Shown: positions 9,433 through 17,626 of the stretch, piece after piece
Numbering within the stretch: the stretch's first letter is position 1
Layout: each line of letters opens with the position of its first letter
NCBI GenBank assembly: GCA_028699085.1
Contig: JAQVVF010000006.1
Span: forward strand, 1 to 59,585
DNA: 59,585 nucleotides
From: Patescibacteria group bacterium
GTDB lineage: Bacteria > Patescibacteriota > JABMPQ01 > JAQVVF01
Direction of reading: 5' to 3'
Notes under the pieces: generated by a model
What the model saw: the letters and a program-made list of their open reading frames with translations, nothing else
Told to the model about the DNA's origin: nothing
Database searches by the model: none
Made by a program: the position numbers and the translations under genes

Positions 9433-9558
9433 GATTTTAGTTTCTACCCTTCCCGCGAGAGTGGTTCGTACAAAAAACTTTAAAGCCTTTTGAAACGAAA
9501 TCCCTGCCATGGGCAGGGTAGAAATTTTTCATTTTGAATTTTGCATTTATAATTTTTC

Positions 9559-9635
9559 TGGTGGGCCCGAGCTGACTCGAACAGCTGACCTTTACGATGT
9601 CAACGTAACGCTCTAACCAACTGAGCTACGAGCCC
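9559..9635 (-). tRNA. tRNA-Val (anticodon GAC), CCA encoded
   Basis: Minus strand folds as a cloverleaf: GGGCTCG TA GCTC AGTTGGTTA GAGC G TTACG TTGACAT CGTAA AGGTC AGCTG TTCGAGT CAGCT CGGGCCC A CCA. Confidence 0.92.
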
Positions 9636-9651
9636 ACATTAATTTGCAAAA

Positions 9652-9747
9652 TGGCGGTATCTAATTTGAAATATTAACTCCTTTACGATGTCAACGTAAC
9701 GCCTGCCTGCCGGTAGGCAGGCTCTAGACAACTGAGCTAACCGCCCC
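9652..9747 (-). pseudogene. tRNA-Val(GAC)-derived tRNA-like element, probably a pseudogene
   Basis: Shares a 23-nt identical anticodon arm (GCGTTACGTTGACATCGTAAAGG) and the D arm with the neighbouring tRNA-Val. It carries a 20-nt GC-rich palindrome (CTGCCTACCGGCAGGCAGGC) after the D stem, an AU-only T arm lacking GTTC, and an imperfect acceptor stem. Confidence 0.5.
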
Positions 9748-9870
9748 GTTTTAATAACAAAATAACTAAATTATAAATAACAAAATTTCGGTAATTTTTC
9801 ATTTTGAATTTAGTTATTTTTAATTCGAACTGGGCCTGGTTGGGATCGAACCAACGACCAATCGGTTATG

Positions 9871-10486
9871 CATTTTACTACCACTTTCGTGATTCCTTTC
9901 GGATTTGTAATCTGGACTATCTCTTCTCCAAATACTGGAGCTTGCCGTTTAGTCTCTACACCTTTCCAGCACATAATTTTATGTGCTTGGACTTGGCTCG
10001 GGATTGCCATAGCATATATGCTTTAGGTTTCCCCGAATTTGACAAGATATACTTAAAGATTGCTCTCTAAGCAGCCCTTTGATAATAATGCATTTTATGT
10101 TATACTATAGTTATGATACATGTCATAAGCTGTAAAATTTGTGGAAAAGAATTAAGAGGTAGACAAACGTGCTATTGTAGTATCTTATGTAAAAATAAAG
10201 CTGATCAATCTTATCCAGCACAAAAGAAGCGAGGCATTGCAAGAAAAATTGAACTTATTAATAAATTAGGAGGTAAGTGTACTATCTGCGGATACAAGAA
10301 AAATTTAGCAGCTTTAACTTTTCATCATAAAGTTCCTAAGCTTAAAAAGTTTAAACTTGATATGAGATCTTTATCTAATAGGAAGCTATCTCTAGTTAAA
10401 GATGAAGTCAAAAAATGTATACTGATTTGCCACAATTGTCATGCAGAGCTTCATAACCCTAAACATAATTTAGCATTATATCGTTA
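9871..10486 (-). mobile_element. group I intron, subgroup IC3 (Azoarcus tRNA-Ile / cyanobacterial tRNA-Leu type)
   Basis: The minus-strand core contains GUCAAAUUCGGGGAAACCUAAAG, UAUGGCAAUCCCGAGCCAAG and GGUGUAGAGACUAAACGGCAAG, near-identical to the Azoarcus ribozyme as I recall it. P7 is GACUA/UAGUC, there are two GAAA-capped hairpins, and the last nucleotide is G at 9871. Exact splice sites are predicted, not proven. Confidence 0.8.
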
Positions 10487-10487
10487 A
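10113..10487 (+). CDS. HNH homing-endonuclease-like protein, encoded antisense inside the group I intron
   Basis: N-terminal Cys cluster CKICGKEL..CYCSILC, then the HNH motif CTICGY..LTFHHKVPK ... LICHNCHAELH. TATACT at 10101-10106 lies 6 nt before the ATG. The TAA stop at 10485-10487 reaches the tRNA anticodon loop. Confidence 0.8.
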   Translation: MIHVISCKICGKELRGRQTCYCSILCKNKADQSYPAQKKRGIARKIELINKLGGKCTICGYKKNLAALTFHHKVPKLKKFKLDMRSLSNRKLSLVKDEVKKCILICHNCHAELHNPKHNLALYR

Positions 10488-10564
10488 GCCGACCGCTCGT
10501 ACCACTGAGCTACAGGCCCAAGATAAATTAATTGTTAAAAGTGCTAGTTTAAATTTATCTCATT

Positions 10565-10594
10565 TTGAACTTTTAGTCAATTATATGTTATACT
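10565..10594 (+). promoter_or_regulatory. sigma70-like promoter (TTGAAC-18 nt-TATACT)
   Basis: TTGAAC at 10565-10570, TATACT at 10589-10594. Confidence 0.4.
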
Positions 10595-10615
10595 AATTAC
10601 AAATAAATTAATCTT

Positions 10616-11176
10616 ATGTTAAAACAAAAACCTATTAAAGTTCATGTACCGAAGTTTCTAAGCCCCAAAAATATTTTAAGCCAAGCAGGAATTGCTCAAG
10701 ACATGAAAGTGATTGATTTAGGTTGCGGATCTGGATATATGGCTTTTGAGGCTGCAAGATTAGTTGGACCATCTGGAATTGTTTATGCAGTTGATATTCA
10801 AAAACCTGTTCTTTCCAGCATTAGATCAAATATTCAATTCTATGGATTAAGAAATGTGAAACCAATTTGGGCTGATATTGAAAAAACAAATTCAATAGGG
10901 ATAGAAGAAAATAGCTTGGACATGGTATTGATTATTATGAATTTATATCAAGCAAGACAACATGATGCAATTCTTTCAGAAAGCTATAAAATGTTAAAAC
11001 CAGAAGGCAGATTACTAGTTGTTGATTGGAAAAAAGAAGCAATTCCAATGGGGCCAGATGTAAAATTTAGGATTTCTTATGATGTTGCCCGTAAAATGGC
11101 ACAAAACGTTGGCTTTAAGTATGTCGGTGACATTGAAACAGATCCATATCATTTTGGAATACTCTTCAAGAAATAA
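10616..11176 (+). CDS. class I SAM-dependent methyltransferase
   Basis: Motif I VIDLGCGSGYMA, motif II-like VYAVDI, post-motif LKPEGRLLVVD. Confidence 0.8.
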   Translation: MLKQKPIKVHVPKFLSPKNILSQAGIAQDMKVIDLGCGSGYMAFEAARLVGPSGIVYAVDIQKPVLSSIRSNIQFYGLRNVKPIWADIEKTNSIGIEENSLDMVLIIMNLYQARQHDAILSESYKMLKPEGRLLVVDWKKEAIPMGPDVKFRISYDVARKMAQNVGFKYVGDIETDPYHFGILFKK

Positions 11177-11193
11177 CAAAATCCAAATTACAA

Positions 11194-11580
11194 ATGTCAA
11201 ATGAATGTCAAATTTTAAATGATAAAAAAACTATCGGTAATCTTGGCGAGAAATTAGCCTGCAATCATTTGAAAAAGTTAAGTTATATTATTTTAGATAA
11301 AAATTTTCGTTCTCGATATGGCGAAATTGATATTATTGCAAAAGATGGAGAAGCGATTGTCTTTGTTGAAGTCAAAACAAGAACAAATTTAGAATATGGT
11401 CAACCGCAAGAAGCGGTTGATTTTTTTAAGCTAAAAAAAATGGCAAAGACGATTTATAATTATATCAGCCTAAACAATATACGTGGTGCTGTGAGAATTG
11501 ACGTTGTGGCAATAAATTTAGACATGACAAAACGAAAAGCAAGGTTGAGGCATTTTAAGGATGCCTTGGCAGAATATTAG
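11194..11580 (+). CDS. yraN: YraN-family (UPF0102) endonuclease-like protein
   Basis: GEKLACNHL ... YGEIDIIAKDGEAIVFVEVKTR. The start is uncertain because several ATGs lie in a low-complexity stretch. Confidence 0.8.
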   Translation: MSNECQILNDKKTIGNLGEKLACNHLKKLSYIILDKNFRSRYGEIDIIAKDGEAIVFVEVKTRTNLEYGQPQEAVDFFKLKKMAKTIYNYISLNNIRGAVRIDVVAINLDMTKRKARLRHFKDALAEY

Positions 11581-11648
11581 GCTGCAACATTGACTTTTTT
11601 GTATTTTAGAATAATAATAGCTAATGCCTTTGACAAGGAGGACGAAGA

Positions 11649-12119
11649 ATGGAAAGAGAATTTGGCGATGATCCAATGGATAAATTTTCTAGATTTGAAG
11701 TAAAAGAATCTGAATTAGGGATGCTACTTTGTCTTTCGGAGAGAAGGAGCTCTGATAAGCCAGGCCGTTCTTTGCGAGTAATGTTTGATCGCCGTATGCC
11801 TTTGACAGAAGATTTTGAATGCGAATATGTTTATTGCGTGTTTTTTGACCAAGAAAATAGTTGGGCTGGCAATCATTACCATAAAGAGAAACATGAGATC
11901 GTCTACTGCATGCATGGTAGTTGCGAAGTGATGTTGCGCAGAGCTTCAGGGACTGCTGGCGAAATTGAAACCCACACCTTGTCTGCTAACGCCCATAATG
12001 GGATGTATATTTGGCCAGGAGTTGTTCACAAAGTTACTGCTAAATCCGATGGTGCGGTAATACTGGTTATTGCTAATTCACCAAATACGCTAGAGGATGA
12101 ATTTTATTGCGACGTTTGA
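11649..12119 (+). CDS. cupin-fold protein (WxcM/FdtA-like sugar isomerase fold), GC-richer, GGAGG-led
   Basis: GNHYHKEKHEIVYCMHGSCEV ... WPGVVHKV ... ILVIANSP resembles the double-stranded beta-helix of FdtA/WxcM C-terminal domains. GGAGG lies 7 nt upstream of the ATG. Confidence 0.55.
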   Translation: MEREFGDDPMDKFSRFEVKESELGMLLCLSERRSSDKPGRSLRVMFDRRMPLTEDFECEYVYCVFFDQENSWAGNHYHKEKHEIVYCMHGSCEVMLRRASGTAGEIETHTLSANAHNGMYIWPGVVHKVTAKSDGAVILVIANSPNTLEDEFYCDV

Positions 12120-12179
12120 AATTCTCTTGCATTTTCCGTACATTATGCTATTATTATGTAAAGTTGAATAAAGCAATAT

Positions 12180-12204
12180 AGAACACTACACAGTGTTCTT
12201 TTTT
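12180..12204 (+). terminator. intrinsic terminator
   Basis: AGAACACT acac AGTGTTCT followed by TTTTT. Confidence 0.7.
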
Positions 12205-12273
12205 ATTAGCTTGCTAGCAAATTTTTTCAAAGTTTGCTAGGATTAGAGTATAAATATTAATTATTATAAATTT

Positions 12274-13500
12274 ATGGCAACAGAATTTGAATTAGCTATA
12301 GAACAAATTTGTGAAGAAAAAAATTTAAAGAAAGAAGATGTAATCTCAACAATTGAGGCTGCTTTGGCTGCAGCTTTTCGTAAAGATTATGGCAAAAAAG
12401 GTCAATTAATTGAGACTGAATTTGATCCTAAAACTGGTAAAACATTAGTTTTTGATGTTAAAGAAGTTGTGGAAGAAAAAGAAGATCTTGAGAAGGCTGA
12501 AAGACAAGTAACAGTAGAAGAAGGAGAAAAATTGAAAAAAGGCGCAAAAGTTGGCGATATTATTAAAACTGAAATTACTCCAAAAGAGATTTCTTTTGGC
12601 AGAATTGCTGCTCAAACTGCAAAACAAGTTATTATCCAAAAAATCAGAGAAGCAGAAAGAAATACGATTTTTGACGCATACAAGGATAAAGAAGGCGAAG
12701 TTTTGAATGGCACAATACAGCGAATGGAAGGTCAAACAATGTTTGTTGATCTTGGACAAGCTACTGGACTATTATTTCCTACAGAACAAATTAGAGGCGA
12801 AGAATATTCTATAGGACAAAGATTAAAAGTATATTTAGTTGAAGTAAAAGAATCAGCTAAAGGTCCTGAAATTATATTATCTAGGTCTCATCCTGATATT
12901 GTTAAAAGAATGTTTGAACTTGAAGTTCCAGAAATTGCAGCTGGAGCTGTAGAAATTAAAGCAGTTGCAAGAGAAGCTGGAGCAAGAACAAAAATTGCTG
13001 TTGTTTCTCATAAAGAAGAAATTGATCCAATTGGCGCATGTGTCGGTCAAAGAGGGACAAGAGTTCAAACAATTATCAATGAATTAGGCGGAGAAAAGAT
13101 TGATATTATTTCATGGGATGAGAATCCAGTTAAATTTATTACTAATGCTTTATCTCCAGCTAAGGCTATTTCTGTTCAATTGAATGAAGATGAAAAAACA
13201 GCTAAGGTTGAGGTTGTTGAAGATCAATTATCATTAGCTATTGGCAAACATGGCCAGAATGTTAGATTAGCTGTTAAATTGACTGGCTGGAAGATTGATG
13301 TTTTGAAAGAAGAAGGCGCTGAAGAAACAAAGACTGAAGAAAAGAAAGCTGATGGAGCAAAAGACGAAACTAAAAAAGAAGAATCTAAAGATAAGGATGA
13401 AAAAAAGACAGAAGAACCAAAATCAGAGGCTAAAGAGGAAAAGAAAGAAGAGAAGACTGAAGTTAAAAAAGAAGAAAAAACTGAAGAAAAAGCTAAATAA
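12274..13500 (+). CDS. nusA: transcription termination/antitermination factor NusA with K/E-rich tail
   Basis: N-terminal domain, S1 domain (GEVLNGTIQRMEGQTMFVDLG), two KH domains (GACVGQRGTRVQ, AIGKHGQNVRLA). Confidence 0.93.
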   Translation: MATEFELAIEQICEEKNLKKEDVISTIEAALAAAFRKDYGKKGQLIETEFDPKTGKTLVFDVKEVVEEKEDLEKAERQVTVEEGEKLKKGAKVGDIIKTEITPKEISFGRIAAQTAKQVIIQKIREAERNTIFDAYKDKEGEVLNGTIQRMEGQTMFVDLGQATGLLFPTEQIRGEEYSIGQRLKVYLVEVKESAKGPEIILSRSHPDIVKRMFELEVPEIAAGAVEIKAVAREAGARTKIAVVSHKEEIDPIGACVGQRGTRVQTIINELGGEKIDIISWDENPVKFITNALSPAKAISVQLNEDEKTAKVEVVEDQLSLAIGKHGQNVRLAVKLTGWKIDVLKEEGAEETKTEEKKADGAKDETKKEESKDKDEKKTEEPKSEAKEEKKEEKTEVKKEEKTEEKAK

Positions 13501-13533
13501 AACTTTAACAATATAACAATTTAATCTAAGACT

Positions 13534-15516
13534 ATGTCAATCTTTGCGTTGGTATCAGCTTTGGTTGCTCTACTTTTTGCAGGCTATTTGGCTTTGCAAA
13601 TTAAAAAAGTAGAAAAAGGCAGCCAAAAAATGGAGGAAATTTCAAAGGCGATCAGAGAAGGAGCAATGGCTTACTTAAAAAGACAATACAAGGCTATTGC
13701 TGTCTTTTCCGTTATTTTGTTTGTTGTGTTATGGATTGCAACAAACTTCCAAACTGCAATTGGATTCTTGTTTGGCGCTCTATTATCTGCTTTAGCAGGT
13801 TTTATTGGAATGAGCATTTCTGTTAGATCAAACGTCAAGACTGCTCAGGCTGCAACAAGAGGATTATCGAAAGCTTTAAGCGTTGCTTTTAAAGGCGGAG
13901 CTGTAACTGGCATGGCTGTTGTTGGAACAAGCCTTTTGGGCGTAACTATTTTCTATTTAATTTTTAAAGATCCAATTTTATTAATTGGATTCGGTTTTGG
14001 CGCTTCTCTTGTATCATTGTTTGCGAGAGTTGGCGGAGGAATTTATACAAAAGCTGCTGATGTTGGCGCTGATTTAGTTGGCAAGGTTGAAGCAGGAATT
14101 CCGGAAGATGATCCAAGAAATCCAGCTGTTATTGCCGATAACGTAGGCGATAATGTTGGAGATTGCGCCGGTATGGCTGCTGATTTATTTGAAACTTATG
14201 CTGTAACATTAATTGCGGCAATGCTTTTGGGTGTAACGGTTTCAAATGGCGTAATTTTTCCATTAGCTTTGGGTGGCGTAGCGATTATTGCATCAATTCT
14301 TGGAACATTCTTTGTAAAATTGACTGATGAAAATATTATGAAGGCTTTGTACAAAGGTACAATTGCTTCTGCAGTTTTGTCAGCATTAGGTTTTCTAGTT
14401 GTTGTTAGGATTTTAAAAGTTGATTTAAATTTATACTTTGCCGCATTAGTTGGCTTGGCTGTAACAATAATTATTACAGTTATTACTGAATATTACACAG
14501 GCAAAAATGGACCAGTAAAAGCAATAGCAAAAGCATCCGAAACTGGAGCTGGGACAAATATTATTACTGGATTGGCTGTTGGTCTGCAAAGCACTTGGCC
14601 AATTGTATTAACAATTGTAGTTGGTATTTTAGCGGCTTTTTCTTTAGGCGGAGTTTATGGAATTGCAATTGCAGCTTGTGCGATGTTATCAATGGCTGGA
14701 ATTGTAGTTGCAATTGATTCTTATGGACCTATTACTGATAATGCAGGCGGTATTGCGGAAATGTCTGGCTTGCCAGAAGAAACTAGGAAAATAACTGATG
14801 CTTTGGATGCGGTTGGTAATACAACTAAAGCTGTTACAAAAGGTTATGCAATTGGTTCTGCTGCTCTTGCTGCTCTAGCATTGTTTGCTGCATATTCTGA
14901 TGAAATTATTAATGCTGTTAAAAAGTTTAACCTAAATTTTGATACAGTTTTGCCAGTTGATAATGTCTATGTTTTAGTTGGCTTATTGATTGGTGGAGTT
15001 TTGCCTTTTGCATTTAGCTCAATGGCAATGCAAGCTGTAGGCAAAGCTGCTTTCAAAATTGTCGATAATGTTAGAAAGCAATTTAGAGAAAAGAAAATCA
15101 TGGAGGGTGTTGATAAACCAGATTATGGACAATGTGTTGATATTGTTACAAAAGCTGCTCAAAAAGAAATGATTGTACCAGCATTATTGGCAGTATTATC
15201 TCCAATCTTAGTTGGCTTTATACTTGGACCTAAGGCTCTTGGTGGTATGTTGATTGGTTTAATCATTACTGGACTATTATTGGCAATTCAAATGACAACA
15301 GGCGGTGCTGCTTGGGATAATGCTAAGAAATATATTGAAGATGGAAATTTAGGCGGTAAGGGCTCAAATGCTCACAAAGCAGCAGTTGTAGGCGATACAG
15401 TTGGCGATCCTTTCAAGGATACAGCTGGACCAGCTCTTAACTCTTTGATTAAAGTTATTAATACAATTGCCGTGATCATCGCTGTTCTAGTTGCTCAATA
15501 TCATATCTTTGGATAA
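13534..15516 (+). CDS. hppA: membrane-bound pyrophosphate-energised cation pump (V-type PPase)
   Basis: [49 protein letters not shown]; many TM helices. Confidence 0.95.
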   Translation: MSIFALVSALVALLFAGYLALQIKKVEKGSQKMEEISKAIREGAMAYLKRQYKAIAVFSVILFVVLWIATNFQTAIGFLFGALLSALAGFIGMSISVRSNVKTAQAATRGLSKALSVAFKGGAVTGMAVVGTSLLGVTIFYLIFKDPILLIGFGFGASLVSLFARVGGGIYTKAADVGADLVGKVEAGIPEDDPRNPAVIADNVGDNVGDCAGMAADLFETYAVTLIAAMLLGVTVSNGVIFPLALGGVAIIASILGTFFVKLTDENIMKALYKGTIASAVLSALGFLVVVRILKVDLNLYFAALVGLAVTIIITVITEYYTGKNGPVKAIAKASETGAGTNIITGLAVGLQSTWPIVLTIVVGILAAFSLGGVYGIAIAACAMLSMAGIVVAIDSYGPITDNAGGIAEMSGLPEETRKITDALDAVGNTTKAVTKGYAIGSAALAALALFAAYSDEIINAVKKFNLNFDTVLPVDNVYVLVGLLIGGVLPFAFSSMAMQAVGKAAFKIVDNVRKQFREKKIMEGVDKPDYGQCVDIVTKAAQKEMIVPALLAVLSPILVGFILGPKALGGMLIGLIITGLLLAIQMTTGGAAWDNAKKYIEDGNLGGKGSNAHKAAVVGDTVGDPFKDTAGPALNSLIKVINTIAVIIAVLVAQYHIFG

Positions 15517-15536
15517 AAGAAGCTTAGATAAAAGAA

Positions 15537-15563
15537 AAGCCGAAGTAAATCTTCGGCTTTTTT
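15537..15563 (+). terminator. intrinsic terminator of hppA
   Basis: AGCCGAAG taaat CTTCGGCT followed by TTTTT. Confidence 0.75.
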
Positions 15564-15567
15564 GTAT

Positions 15568-15590
15568 AAAAAAACAGCAGAAAATGCTGT
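15568..15590 (-). terminator. intrinsic terminator of 15608-16009
   Basis: Minus strand: ACAGCA ttttc TGCTGT followed by T7. Confidence 0.7.
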
Positions 15591-15607
15591 ATTAAGGTGC
15601 GAAATTA

Positions 15608-16009
15608 CTAGGCAGTAATCTCTGGAGGCTGATTGATTGCTGGATCACGGCCATATAGAAAATGAAGAAGGTTCAATACTTTTTGGCTATCCGGCAGTCG
15701 ATGATATTCTTGAGTCATGTGCAAGAATTCTGTTTTGTCTGGTCCGATCCACGTGAATTTTCCAAATTTGTCAGGACGAAGGTAATAGACTCCGGGAGAA
15801 TTTGAGGCAATTGGATCATCAATAGTCAACCTGCCCTCATGATTTCGAAAATGAACAATCAAACCAGATTGTTCGACACGGACAACTTCGAATGTTCCAT
15901 CATCAGAAATCGTCAAACGAAACATCAAATCAGAAAGCCTGATTCCTTGCTCAAGATAATATTCACGCAATTCGTAAACAGCTTGCGAGATTGGCGGTCG
16001 TGCTGACAT
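15608..16009 (-). CDS. orphan paralog A (133 aa) of a three-member family
   Basis: The N-terminal module AVYELREYYLEQGIRLSDLMFRLTISDDGTFEVV aligns with 16376-16900 and 16996-17478. AGGAGGG SD. Confidence 0.65.
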   Translation of the reverse strand: MSARPPISQAVYELREYYLEQGIRLSDLMFRLTISDDGTFEVVRVEQSGLIVHFRNHEGRLTIDDPIASNSPGVYYLRPDKFGKFTWIGPDKTEFLHMTQEYHRLPDSQKVLNLLHFLYGRDPAINQPPEITA

Positions 16010-16091
16010 TTTCCCTCCTGGTCTGCCTTGCGGCTGGACTCAATGAGCAATATCTAATATATCTTATTTTATTATTTATGGCAAGAGCAAT

Positions 16092-16114
16092 AAAAAAATA
16101 GCAACTAGTGCTAT
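16092..16114 (-). terminator. intrinsic terminator
   Basis: Minus strand: ATAGCA ctagt TGCTAT followed by T7. Overlaps the stop codon. Confidence 0.65.
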
Positions 16115-16356
16115 TTCAAAGGTTCTGGTATTTCAGAAGGTCTCTCTGGTTCTTCATATCTATCAAAGATTATTGGCTCGTCAATACCACCATTATAAGA
16201 GATTCTGCAAAGTCCATCCATAATTTGTTGCTGTCTTTCTGGTGTTAATCTGTCCCAAGCAGCATAATCATTTCTTATTGCTGCCAAAAATTCTTCATTA
16301 AGAATCCCTACTGGTGTTTTGTCTTCTTTCTTATCTACATCTTTTTCATCAGCCAT
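16111..16356 (-). CDS. small acidic hypothetical protein (81 aa)
   Basis: Start set to the internal ATG at 16356, with GGAGG at 16365-16369 (8-nt spacer). Protein begins MADEKDVDKKEDK. Lies 19 nt downstream of paralog B. Confidence 0.55.
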   Translation of the reverse strand: MADEKDVDKKEDKTPVGILNEEFLAAIRNDYAAWDRLTPERQQQIMDGLCRISYNGGIDEPIIFDRYEEPERPSEIPEPLK

Positions 16357-16375
16357 TTCTGCTTCCTCCTTGTCG

Positions 16376-16900
16376 TTATGTTGAAAAATTGGAGAAAATA
16401 ATTTGTCCATTCTTGATTAGAACAAGGTAATCTCCATTGCCTAGCGGCAAAAGTTCCTCTTCTTTGCTTCTTGCTCCATATAAGTGGATTTGGCTTAGAC
16501 TTTCATCGTGGCTGATAACAGAAATTTCATAAATGTCATTTTTTACAACAGTACTAGCAACAAAATCGCGCTTCAGACCTTTCTTTTCTAAATAACGATT
16601 AAGAATCAAGGATAGAGATTTTTTATATGCAATTACTGGAGCTTCGAATCCTAGTTCAGTAAACCTAAGCAAAACTATTTTTTCAGGCTTATCTGCTTCT
16701 ACGTTTGGTTTGAAATCATTAGGCCAGGAGAAAAAAATTGGATCATTTTCCGGCGGACAAATGTAAATTACTTCAAATTTTTCATCTTCATAAATTCTAA
16801 CTACTATTCTTAAATCAGAAAATGAAAGTCCTTTTTGTTGATGGACACGTTTTATTTCTTGGACTGCTTTGTGATAGGCTTCATTAGTCTCGGTTCTCAT
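16376..16900 (-). CDS. orphan paralog B (174 aa)
   Basis: N-terminal module AVQEIKRVHQQKGLSFSDLRIVVRIYEDEKFEVI. AAGGAG SD with a 6-nt spacer. Confidence 0.65.
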   Translation of the reverse strand: MRTETNEAYHKAVQEIKRVHQQKGLSFSDLRIVVRIYEDEKFEVIYICPPENDPIFFSWPNDFKPNVEADKPEKIVLLRFTELGFEAPVIAYKKSLSLILNRYLEKKGLKRDFVASTVVKNDIYEISVISHDESLSQIHLYGARSKEEELLPLGNGDYLVLIKNGQIIFSNFST

Positions 16901-16973
16901 TTTTTTCTCCTTTTCATCCTGAATGATAAAAAGAGCTTAATTCAGTATAATGAATTAACTAATTTTTATCAAG

Positions 16974-16996
16974 AAAAAAACAGCAATAAATGCTGT
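16974..16996 (-). terminator. intrinsic terminator of paralog C
   Basis: Minus strand: ACAGCA tttat TGCTGT followed by T7. Same stem as the terminator at 15568-15590. Confidence 0.7.
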
Positions 16997-17478
16997 TACT
17001 TGCAAGTTCTTGGTTTTGAGGCGCAAAAAGGTGCATAAGACTTTGTTGGGATGTTGTAATCACAAGGATGGATAGCATGAGTAATCTGATCAATGAATCC
17101 TTGATCATTATGGGCAACAATTGTAAAGACATTATATTCCAGCTCGAGATCGTAATAAATCAAGGAGAAAGGATTCATTCTTACTTCAACGCTTTGCATA
17201 AAAGCTATCAATACTGGCTCAAAAAAAGCTTCAACGACAAGATATGAACCATAAATGCGAAAATAATGACTGCCAACTGAATATCTCGTTCTATCGTAAG
17301 TTGTGCCATATCCGGATTCAATCTTTGTCTCGTTATCGTCGTCAATTAGAAAAATACAGAAATTATCTGTTTCGCTAATTTCAAGACGGAATCGTAATCT
17401 AACTAAACTTCTTCCGAGATGCTTGTATTGTTCTTTGATGAGATTCAGGGCTTGTGCAATCGTTTTTTCGAATGGCAT
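16996..17478 (-). CDS. orphan paralog C (160 aa)
   Basis: N-terminal module ALNLIKEQYKHLGRSLVRLRFRLEISETDNFCIF. GGAGG at 17483-17487. Confidence 0.65.
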   Translation of the reverse strand: MPFEKTIAQALNLIKEQYKHLGRSLVRLRFRLEISETDNFCIFLIDDDNETKIESGYGTTYDRTRYSVGSHYFRIYGSYLVVEAFFEPVLIAFMQSVEVRMNPFSLIYYDLELEYNVFTIVAHNDQGFIDQITHAIHPCDYNIPTKSYAPFCASKPRTCK

Positions 17479-17552
17479 GCCCCCTCCTTTGTGATGAAAT
17501 GAACTTCTTTGATTATACTACAAATTTCTTTTTTGGCAAGATGCAGACTAAA

Positions 17553-17581
17553 TTGACAAAATATAAAAAAAGATATATAAT
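17553..17581 (+). promoter_or_regulatory. consensus sigma70 promoter (TTGACA-17 nt-TATAAT)
   Basis: TTGACA at 17553-17558, TATAAT at 17576-17581. Confidence 0.6.
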
Positions 17582-17626
17582 TGGGAATCCTGAATTTCTC
17601 ACCCCCGCTTAGCAAAGGAGCAGAGA

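Larger units (their letters stand above)
9831..10519 (-). tRNA. intron-interrupted tRNA(CAU), most likely tRNA-Ile2 (lysidine-dependent); no encoded CCA
   Basis: 5' exon at 10519-10487 is GGGCCTGTAGCTCAGTGGTACGAGCGGTCGGCT. 3' exon at 9870-9831 is CATAACCGATTGGTCGTTGGTTCGATCCCAACCAGGCCCA. Joined, they give a 73-nt cloverleaf with anticodon loop CU-CAU-AA, variable loop TGGTC, and C4-G69/C5-G68. Confidence 0.8.

Noticed and set aside
9804-10070. ORFs 9804-10070 (+) and 9810-10010 (-)
   Set aside because: They lie over the tRNA 3' exon and the conserved group I ribozyme core, so the region is explained by structured RNA. No start signals are present.
16357-16410. Upstream extension of ORF 16111-16410
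   Set aside because: It would overlap the 3' end of paralog B. The internal ATG at 16356 is preceded by GGAGG with an 8-nt spacer.
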